NCBI RefSeq assembly: GCF_006345805.1
Contig: NC_043001.1
Span: forward strand, 21,576,001 to 21,640,000
Origin: Octopus sinensis
Lineage: Eukaryota
Direction of reading: 5' to 3'
DNA length: 64,000 nt
The notes under the pieces: generated by a model
Database searches by the model: none
Told to the model about the DNA's origin: nothing
What the model saw: the letters and a program-made list of their open reading frames with translations, nothing else
Shown here: positions 54,244-64,000 of the stretch, in pieces
Layout of the letters: the number at the start of each line of letters is the position of its first letter
How positions within the stretch are numbered: position 1 is the first letter of the stretch
Translations under genes and position numbers: made by a program

Positions 54244-55409
54244 TATATATATATATGAATGCCTATTTGTATTAGTTATAAATTTGATTATGGTTAGTAA
54301 AACAGATTCTAATCCGTATTTATAGAGTTTCTTATGTGGAAAAAATATTTGAAACATAGACATTTTTTTCAACTCTACAAGATAACTGGAGCAATTTTAT
54401 TGGACATTGGAAATATAAAAATTATGAAGGACAAGGTGATCGACATCTCGGAACTGTAATTCTCTTGAAGCGTTTCTCCTCTTCTCTGACCTAAAGAAAT
54501 TATCAGACAAAAATTAGTATTGTGATCATTATATCACTTTCTTTTGGGGGGAAATAAATGAAGATTATTTTTTTTATTGCTCACCAATTATTTTTATACT
54601 GGTAATTGACCTGAACGACCCTACATCGTATTTTTATGTATTTTATAGCTTACTAACTCTTATCTCACTGACTGTGTCTGAAATACTTTAATCGAGAAAA
54701 ATTAGCAGCAAATAAAAAAGTTTTGTTTTTTTTCATTCGCACTATATATTAGCGAAATCTAATGAAATTATCGAGTTTAATATTTAAGTTTTCTCTCCTG
54801 GATCACTACCACTATATTGTAAAAATAAATATACATCTAATATACGTGAAAAGCGACACTTTAAACAAACGTAATTTGATTAGGAAATGAAGTAATTTTT
54901 ATGTTCTACGTAGGCATCCCGGTAGTTGGTAGAATCACTACTGCGCCGGACAAAATGCTTAAAAGTATTTCTTCCGGCTCTTCACGTCTTCTGAGTTCAG
55001 ATTCCACCGAAGTTGATTTTGCGTTTCATCGGTGTAGGCCGTGGGCCAAAATTTGAAACCGTTATTTAAAAAATTTAATATTTTTCAAAAGGATGTCTTT
55101 ATTTTTCTTATTGTTACCTTCAGAAAAATTAATTTTTTTTGGTATGGGATTCTAAAAGTCTTGATTTGTTTCAGATAATTTTGTACATCTATTACAATTC
55201 CGAAATATTTCTACAAATTAAAACAAAAGTTCATTTCATTTCCTTTTTTTTTTCTGTTTCTTTTTCGAAATATTTGTCATAAGATATTGGTTTCAAAATT
55301 TGACACAAATTTAAAATTGACACATTGGAAAAATGAGGAAGAAAGACAGAAAGAACAAGGAAAAAAGAAAAAAATGAAAAAAAGAAAAGAAAGGGGAAAA
55401 AAGGAAAGA

Positions 55410-56757
55410 AATTTCACAGCGTCAATGCTATTTCAGTACGTGTGACGTACCAGTTAAGGCAATCTTTTGCACTTCCTGCATGGATGATAAGCCAGGGATC
55501 ATTTTCATATAATTTTCAGTTCCTTTTTTGATCATTACAAGTGCTCCTACAATCACTGGTATTGTAACTGTCTTGAGATGCTACATCTTTTCGATTTCGA
55601 TTAGCAAATCTTTGTATTTTCTGAGCTTATCAAATTTTTTTGCCGAGATATTATGGTCACAGGGTATGTTCATGTCAATCAAGAAACAGACTTTATTGTT
55701 TGGGTCTTTCACAGCAATATCTGGTTAATTAGCTTTGATGGTCCGATCTGTACAGACTGGAAAGTCCCAAAGAATCTTTATATTTTCTCCCCCAATTACA
55801 GCTTCAGGGTGGTGTTTGTACCATTTGTCAACAGTTTTGATTTTATAATGCTGACATATATTCCAGTGTAGATACTGGCCAACACTGTCATATCTTGATT
55901 TATACTGTACAGGTGCTAAAGCCTTACACCCAGAGATTAAGTGGTCCACTGTTTCAACCCCATCGTTACAGTATCGACACTTTAGGTCTACTCCATTTTT
56001 CATCACATTGACTTAATAGTTCCGGGTCAAAAAGCTGTGATCTTGAGCAGCTAAGATAAAGCCTTCGCTCTCTGTCTTAAGCCCTGAGTTCCGTTGCCAC
56101 TGATTGGTGTGCTTTTGGCCTACATCAGCTTGTTTACTACGGGCCACATACTTGCCATACAGACGTTTTTGTTCCCATCTATCAGTCAATTGTTCAAACG
56201 CATTTTGCTTTTCTATTGATTTCACCTGCTTTACAACTACAGCAGCCGCTCTTCCATCATGCTGTTCAATCCGGGTATTCACTAGCAAATTTTTTGCTCT
56301 TCTTCATAACAGAATGAAGCTTCTTACGTGTCTCTGGTGGTTTTCAACGTGCTTTAGCATCCATTCGTTAGATGTTTCGAGATATTTTGCCAGTCCAATT
56401 GTGGTGGTTCTGTAAGAGATTTCAAATTTGTTCAAGCCTCGACTTCCTTTAGCTCTGGGAAGATTAAAGACGGCCTGCGTCTGCCTTTAGGTGGCGCATC
56501 TTATTGCAAGTCAGTAGCTTACGAATTTTCCTCTCAGTCTTACTTATTTCGCTCTTATTCCAGTTCAACACATTGAAACTAACAACCGGAACTGCTAAGG
56601 AATTTATGGCTAACACCTTGTTACGTGCATTTAACTCGGATTTTGGGACTGCTTGAACTTTCCTGTGACATTCCTTCCTGATCTTCTCTTTTATGCTTGC
56701 ATGCTGAATGCCACAGCTCTCATTTATTCTGAGGTATTTGTAAATTTGTTCCTGCTA
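55410..56757 (-). pseudogene. R4/Dong-like LINE fragment (RT C-terminus, zinc finger, RLE)
   Basis: GLKTESEGFILAAQD, CRYCNDGVETVDHLISGC, YKHHPEAV..ILWDFPVCTDRTIKAN, PVIVGAL. Confidence 0.85.
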
Positions 56758-56770
56758 TTATTATTATTAT

Positions 56771-57266
56771 TGAGTGAGAGAGCAGTTCATGCCATCAAAG
56801 TGACACTGGGGTAAAATATACGAAGCCCAATATACCCATCATGACTACCCGTCTGATAAGGGTACACCAGGCACATGCATCACAACCATATGTGCGCAAC
56901 ATGGTGATCTCATATCAAGATAAACAGCACATCACCTTGCAGGTGGGGCCCAGTTAGAATTTTCTTCAGGTTGAGTAGCCCATCCCGCTCAAAAGGTCCC
57001 TGAATAAGGGTTGTTTAAGGATGTTGAAAGAACCACCCATGTTTCCAGAGGTGAATTATTCAAACCCCAAAGAACCCCTCTCAACACATGGCTATGATGC
57101 TCCCCCACTACTTCTTCTCGTGATCAGAGATGCACATATCGTCAGCCACTAAGGGACATGCTCAACTGGTTAAGGTCAAACAACTGACAAGCAAATCTGT
57201 GGTATTGAGCAGAATATTTGCTGTAGCCCATCTTTTATACCAAGACAAAACAATGTACATGATAAC
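56771..57266 (-). mobile_element. Retroposon family D
   Basis: Family D match flanked by (ATT)n. Confidence 0.75.
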
Positions 57267-57304
57267 GCTTATTATTATCATTATTATTATTATTATTATT
57301 ATTA

Positions 57305-57680
57305 TATGTTTGACTTTTGTTTTGTATTTGTACAAGTTCGCTCCAAATTTCATCCAGAGCCCTCAAGAGACAAGTTAGAAGTTCATGTTGGTGTTACGCC
57401 TAGGGTGCCATATATTTGGCTTTGTACATAGTATTGTTCTAGAGAATGTTTAAGAAACCATAAGAAAATTATGTGTTTGTTTTAAAACTTGAGATTACAT
57501 AGACAGTATTTTACGTAGGATATGGGCAGTTCCCATGAGCACTATCTTTTGAATTTCTGCCATTTTGGGGTTTCCTGGTATCTGAGCTAGGTAGCAATCA
57601 GCCCCTTTTGTTATCATTCCTAGGGCACCTATGACAACAGGTATTTTGCCAATTTCTATTTCAAGGTCTTTATACTTGCT
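57305..57680 (-). mobile_element. R4/Dong-like LINE 3' end
   Basis: KYKDLEIE..IPVVIGALGMITKGADCYL..IQKIVLMGTAHILRKILSM; (AAT)n tail. Confidence 0.75.
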
Positions 57681-58199
57681 TTGTTGTTGTTGTTGTTGTT
57701 GTTATTGTTGTTGTTGTTGTTACTATTATTATTATGTATGGACAACAAGCAGAGGAATTCCGCGGTAAAGGAGGATCCAACCTTAAGCATAAGGTTAAGT
57801 TGAAACAATCATTAAAATCCTTACTGCTTAATTTAACATCTTGAGAAAATTATAGCCTGAATCGATCTGGGTGACATAAAATGTGACATGATGCCTCTGA
57901 ACAATTTGAGTTGAAGAAACAAAGCAATAAAAGAATTATATCCTGCTATAAAAGAATTACACCCTGAAATCAACAGATACATTTGTCCAATCCCTGGCAA
58001 AATCAAAATCTTCAATATCCTCTTTATGACTTCATAGCAGAATCCGTACCTGGACTCAAATTACACTCACGCATCCATTGCAAATAGATGCAGCTTCTTT
58101 CATTTTTAATGCTTTTTTTAAAAACTTTTTCTTCAAAACACTCATACGTCATTATCATCATCATCAACAACATCATCATCATCACGACTGGCATTTAAG

Positions 58200-58412
58200 C
58201 GACGGGCTGGCAAAATCATTAGCACGCCGGGCGAAATGCTTAGCGGTATTTCGTCTGCGGCTACGTTCTGAGTTCAAATTTCGCCGAGGTCGACTTTGCC
58301 TTTCATCCTTTCGGGGTCGATCAAATAAGTACCTGTTGAACACTGTGATCGATGTAATCGACTTAGCCATTCCCTCAAACCCGTTGGCCTTGTACCAAAA
58401 TTTGAAACCTAT
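58200..58412 (+). mobile_element. SINE family B
   Basis: Family B core. Confidence 0.75.
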
Positions 58413-58515
58413 AATTATTATTATTGTTGTTGCTATGCAGATTATAAAAACAGCTTTCATTTCTATCTGCTTAAGCTTTGATATTTAAAGTCAACAATTT
58501 AACACACATGATATA

Positions 58516-58613
58516 TTGGGTTGTCCGGAAAGTTCGTGACGATTTTTAAAGGAAAGAAAAAGGTCAATAAATACTTGCCATCACATTTTTAATCAACCAC
58601 ATCTGAACCATTT
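58516..58613 (-). mobile_element. 3' end of a mariner element (same family as 25323-25887), host of the tandem array
   Basis: TA + TIR TTGGGTTGTCCGGAAAGTTCGTG, colinear with 25323-25419 up to GAACCATTT, where homology stops abruptly. Confidence 0.9.
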
Positions 58614-60748
58614 GGCTGCTGTGATCAGCGGCCACGAGGAGGAAGTGGATATTCTCCATGCCTCGGTTAAGTCCGAGGGCTGGAGAGGCGTAACAGTGGA
58701 GCTGAACGTACAGGCAGAGAACGAGGTACTGGTGGACCTGGCGGAAAGCATCAGATTGGGAGACGTGATCATGAGAGTGTGGGTGGAGGGCAGAGCTCCA
58801 CGTTGTTACAAGTGTGGCCTGAGGGGTCACATAAGAGCCTTCTGCCCTCCCCCAGGGAAAGAAATGGATTCCGAACCACACAGAGAGAAGCAGAAACCAG
58901 AAGAGAAGGAGACAGTAGAAGAGGAAGAAAATACACAGAAATGGAAGGAAGCTGGAAATAAGAGGAAGAGAAGAATACGAGGAAAAGAAAAAACATGGAA
59001 CACCAATCTACCCCAAAACCACCCACACCCTCTGAGTCCCACCTATTCCTGCAGACAGTGAACCCACCCGCTCCCCCCCAACAAGAAAACAAAGGAAAAA
59101 AAAATAATACACACAGACAAGAGATTGAATTCGATATCAGGCCGTACATTTGTACTATGACTGAACAGAAAGAAGTTAAAAGTCTAATGGAAGAGTATAA
59201 ATGGTATGAAGTTGGTGAGACTAGGTATGCTGTGATTGAAAAGAAGAACATAGGTGAGTTTATGGTGAGGTGTGAAAGGGAGAATTGGGAGGTGAAGGAT
59301 ATAAGAATGAGCGATGAATTCGTGGAAAATATGGATGAGTATTTCGGAGTAAGAATGGATATGGAATTTATTCGTATTGGCAAAGAACATTCAAGTGACG
59401 ATGAAAAACAAAGGACAGGTAAGTGATGCTAACGGATGGGGCCGTTGGTATCGCTTTCATACTATCATTTTCTTTCACTTAACAATTCATTTTTCATAAA
59501 TTTTAATTATAATGTTCTATGTCCCCATGTGTTTTGGTGTCGCCCTCTGTGTCGCCCCTAGTGGGTAATAAAGAATCACCACATCTGAACCATTTGGCTG
59601 CTGTGATCAGCGGCCACGAGGAGGAAGTGGATATTCTCCATGCCTCGGTTAAGTCCGAGGGCTGGAGAGGCGTAACAGTGGAGCTGAACGTACAGGCAGA
59701 GAACGAGGTACTGGTGGACCTGGCGGAAAGCATCAGATTGGGAGACGTGATCATGAGAGTGTGGGTGGAGGGCAGAGCTCCACGTTGTTACAAGTGTGGC
59801 CTGAGGGGTCACATAAGAGCCTTCTGCCCTCCCCCAGGGAAAGAAATGGATTCCGAACCACACAGAGAGAAGCAGAAACCAGAAGAGAAGGAGACAGTAG
59901 AAGAGGAAGAAAATACACAGAAATGGAAGGAAGCTGGAAATAAGAGGAAGAGAAGAATACGAGGAAAAGAAAATAACATGGAACACCAATCTACCCCAAA
60001 ACCACCCACACCCTCTGAGTCCCACCCTATTCCTGCAGACAGTGAACCCACCCGCTCCCCCCCCCAACAAGAAAACAAAAGAAAAAAAATAATACACACA
60101 CACAAGAGATTGAATTCGATATCAGGCCGTACATTGTACTATGACTGAACAGAAAGAAGTTAAAAGTCTAATGGAAGAGTATAAATGGTATGAAGTTGGT
60201 GAGACTAGGTATGCTGTGATTGAAAAGAAGAACATAGATGAGTTTATGGTGAGGTGTGAAAGGGAGAATTGGGAGGTGAAGGATATAAGAATGAGCGATG
60301 AATTCGTGGAAAATATGGATGAGTATTTCGGAGTAAGAATGGATATGGAATTTATTCGTATTGGCAAAGAACATTCAAGTGACGATGAAAAACAAAGGAC
60401 AGGTAAGTGATGCTGACGGATGGGGCCGTTGGTATCGCTTTCATACTATCATTTTCTTTCACTTAACAATTCATTTTTCATAAATTTTAATTATAATGTT
60501 CTATGTCCCCATGTGTTTTGGTGTCCCCCTCTGTGTCGCCCCTAGTGGGTAATAAAGAATCACCAAATCTGAACCATTTGGTCGGTCGTGTTTTTTACGC
60601 TCGTAAAATTCGGCAAAAAAGAACAAAAAGCGTTGTTGTTGTTGTGGAAATTCTGAACGGCGTTGATGCGGTTTCGCGTTTCGCTCGTTCTGCGCGCTAC
60701 ACTTTTTTCTGTTTTGGCGGCCGTTTTCGGTCTGTCAGACAGAAGGAA

Positions 60749-62150
60749 ATGGACTATGAGTCTCTAACAGACTTGTCCACGACAGATGAGGAACTGGAAC
60801 AGGCAATTACAATGAAGCTGATGGAAGAAAAGGCTGGAGTTTTCGAGTCTTTATCAGACTTGTCTACGTCTGAGAAGGAGCTAGAAATGGCAGCGAGGAA
60901 ATTGGACGAGAAGCTGGGTTATACCTATGCCGGTGTAACCAAGAAGGCGGAAGAGAAAGGGGTCGACTTGGCCAAGCTACCAAGTTACCAGAAATACATG
61001 AAAAAGGAAAGCGGTGAGGTGGAACTAGCACCGACACCCGGGAGAAAAGAATGGTATGATAAGAGGACCATTATTTACAGGGTGTTCGCAAACGAAAGGA
61101 AGAGGGTAGAAGTTGTAACCATGGAGTGGATAGAGGAAGCCCTGAGAAGATCGGAGGAGGAAATTAATTTTCTGACTCGAGGATCCAAGTATGGTACCGT
61201 AGTTGTGCGTTTTAAAAGTGAGACTGCAGCGAGGAAGATGGCGGCGAAGGCGGTGAAGTCAGAAAAGGTAACACTTCTACCTACGTATTTGAATAGAAGG
61301 ATTACACGTGTGAGGATGGAGGGAGTGCCCCCAAACGTGGAGGCAGAGTGGATTGTGGCGGCTGTGATCAGCGGCCACGAGGAGGAAGTGGATATTCTCC
61401 ATGCCTCGGTTAAGTCCGAGGGCTGGAGAGGCGTAACAGTGGAGCTGAACGTGCAGGCGGAGAACGAGGTACTGGTGGACCTGGCGGAAAGCATCAGATT
61501 GGGAGACGTGATCATGAGAGTGTGGGTGGAGGGCAGAGCTCCACGTTGTTACAAGTGTGGCCTGAGGGGTCACATAAGAGCCTTCTGCCCTCCCCCAGGG
61601 AAAGAAATGGATTCCGAACCACACAGAGAGAAGGAGACAGTAGAAGTGGAAGAGAATACACAGAAATGGAAGGAAGTTGGAAATAAGAGGAAGAGAAGAA
61701 TACGAGGAAAAGAAAATAACATGGAACACCAATCTACCCCAAAACCACCCACACCCTCTGAGTCCCACCCTATCCCTGCAAACAGTGAACCCACCCGCTC
61801 CCCCCCAACAAGAAAACAAAAGAAAAAAAATAATACACACACACAAGAGATTGAATTCGATATCAGGCCGTACATTTGTACTATGACTGAACAGAAAGAA
61901 GTTAAAAGTCTAATGGAAGAGTATAAATGGTATGAAGTTGGTGAGACTAGGTATGCTGTGATTGGAAAGAAGAACATAGATGAGTTTATGGTGAGGTGTG
62001 AAAGGGAGAATTGGAGGTGAAGGATATAAGAATGAGCGATGAATTCGTGGAAAATATGGATGAGTATTTCGGAGTAAGAATGGATATGGAATTTATTCGT
62101 ATTGGCAAGAACATTCAAGTGACGATGAAAAACAAAGGACAGGTAAGTGA
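60749..62150 (+). CDS. Gag-like ORF1 protein (RRM-like region + CCHC zinc knuckle), long unit; two single-base frameshifts near 62012 and 62108
   Basis: ATG at 60749 (MDYESLTDLS..); VVVRFKSE, TRVRMEGVPP, CYKCGLRGHIRAFC (CX2CX4HX4C); sister units give the intact C-terminus ..SDDEKQRTGK*. Confidence 0.8.
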
Positions 62151-62318
62151 TGCTAACGGATGGGGCCGTTGGTATCGCTTTCATACTATCATTTTCTTTC
62201 ACTTAACAATTCATTTTTCATAAATTTTAATTATAATGTTCTATGTCCCCATGTGTTTGGTGTCGCCCTCTGTGTCGCCCCTAGTGGGTAATAAAGAATC
62301 ACCACATCTGAACCATTT

Positions 62319-63132
62319 GGCTGCTGTGATCAGCGGCCACGAGAAGGAAGTGGATATTCTCCATGCCTCGGTTAAGTCCGAGGGCTGGAGAGGCGTAACA
62401 GTGGAGCTGAACGTACAGGCAGAGAACGAGGTACTGGTGGACCTGGCGGAAAGCATCAGATTGGGAGACGTGATCATGAGAGTGTGGGTGGAGGGCAGAG
62501 CTCCACGTTGTTACAAGTGTGGCCTGAGGGGTCACATAAGAGCCTTCTGCCCTCCCCCAGGGAAAGAAATGGATTCCGAACCACACAGAGAGAAGCAGAA
62601 ACCAGAAGAGAAGGAGACAGTAGAAGAGGAAGAAAATACACAGAAATGGAAGGAAGCTGGAAATAAGAGGAAGAGAAGAATACGAGGAAAAGAAAATAAC
62701 ATGGAACACCAATCTACCCCAAAACCACCCACACCCTCTGAGTCCCACCCTATTCCTGCAGACAGTGAACCCACCCGCTCCCCCCCAACAAGAAAACAAA
62801 GGAAAAAAAATAATACACACAGACAAGAGATTGAATTCGATATCAGGCCGTACATTTGTACTATGACTGAACAGAAAGAAGTTAAAAGTCTAATGGAAGA
62901 GTATAAATGGTATGAAGTTGGTGAGACTAGGTATGCTGTGATTGAAAAGAAGAACATAGGTGAGTTTATGGTGAGGTGTGAAAGGGAGAATTGGGAGGTG
63001 AAGGATATAAGAATGAGCGATGAATTCGTGGAAAATATGGATGAGTATTTCGGAGTAAGAATGGATATGGAATTTATTCGTATTGGCAAAGAACATTCAA
63101 GTGACGATGAAAAACAAAGGACAGGTAAGTGA
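62319..63132 (+). CDS. 5'-truncated ORF1 copy with uninterrupted frame (zinc knuckle + C-terminal domain)
   Basis: Part of ORF 62236-63132, open through unit 4. Confidence 0.55.
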
Positions 63133-64000
63133 TGCTAACGGATGGGGCCGTTGTATCGCTTTCATACTATCATTTTCTTTCACTTAACAATTCATTTTTC
63201 ATAAATTTTAATTATAATGTTCTATGTCCCCATGTGTTTTGGTGTCGCCCTCTGTGTCGCCCCTAGTGGGTAATAAAGAATCACCACATCTGAACCATTT
63301 GGCTGCTGTGATCAGCGGCCACGAGGAGGAAGTGGATATTCTCCATGCCTCGGTTAAGTCCGAGGGCTGGAGAGGCGTAACAGTGGAGCTGAACGTACAG
63401 GCAGAGAACGAGGTACTGGTGGACCTGGCGGAAAGCATCAGATTGGAGACGTGATCATGAGAGTGTGGGTGGAGGGCAGAGCTCCACGTTGTTACAAGTG
63501 TGGCCTGAGGGGTCACATAAGAGCCTTCTGCCCTCCCCCAGGGAAAGAAATGGATTCCGAACCACACAGAGAGAAGCAGAAACCAGAAGAGAAGGAGACA
63601 GTAGAAGAGGAAGAAAATACACAGAAATGGAAGAAGCTGGAAATAAGAGGAAGAGAAGAATACGAGGAAAAGAAAATAACATGGAACACCAATCTACCCC
63701 AAAACCACCCACACCCTCTGAGTCCCACCCTATTCCTGCAGACAGTGAACCCACCCGCTCCCCCCCCCCCCAACAAGAAAACAAAAGAAAAAAAATAATA
63801 CACACACACAAGAGATTGAATTCGATATCAGGCCGTACATTTGTACTATGACTGAACAGAAGAAGTTAAAAGTCTAATGGAAGAGTATAAATGGTATGAA
63901 GTTGGTGAGACTAGGTATGCTGTGATTGAAAAGAAGAACATAGATGAGTTTATGGTGAGGTGTGAAAGGGAGAATTGGGAGGTGAAGGATATAAGAATGA

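Larger units (their letters stand above)
58614..64000 (+). mobile_element. Head-to-tail array of an ORF1-only (HAL1/Tx1-like) retroelement
   Basis: Units 58614-59577, 59596-60561, 60580-62300 (long form), 62319-63282 and 63301->64000; 18-bp spacer ACCAMATCTGAACCATTT at 58596, 59578, 60562, 62301, 63283. Confidence 0.85.

Noticed and set aside
60503-60748. N-terminal 82 aa of the 505-aa ORF (MSPCVLVS...)
   Set aside because: Reads through the previous unit's 3' UTR, the spacer and the 5' UTR; the likely start is ATG 60749
58596-63300. 18-bp repeat with regular spacing as a CRISPR-like array
   Set aside because: Intervening sequences are ~1-1.7 kb near-identical copies, not unique spacers; eukaryotic context and no cas genes
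58950-63800. Frameshifts among array units as evidence of pseudogenisation
   Set aside because: Most are single-base indels in or near homopolymers and differ per unit, so they may be long-read errors; undecidable here

Overview
AT-rich, repeat-dense eukaryotic DNA. The microsatellite load and tRNA-derived SINE families suggest an octopus/cephalopod genome; this is an inference from recollection, not a database match. Most listed ORFs are microsatellite or SINE artefacts. The window holds several SINE families, mariner, piggyBac, Helitron and MITE-type DNA elements, R4/Dong-like and Penelope-like retroelement remnants (several with hammerhead-ribozyme motifs), and two candidate + strand host exons (23038-23074, 37143-37322). 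The main signal starts at 58516 and runs off the window: a head-to-tail array of an ORF1-only retroelement (gag-like RRM + CCHC zinc knuckle, no RT; Tx1/HAL1-like). It sits inside the 3' end of a mariner transposon, and every unit is preceded by the same ~18-bp mariner sequence (ACCAMATCTGAACCATTT), read here as a target-site duplication. Its 3' tail (GCCCC-T(T/A)-GTGGGTAATAAAGAA) is shared with a tandem-forming SINE and with an insertion in a (CATA)n microsatellite. This suggests a set of non-autonomous, target-preferring riders of one unseen LINE.
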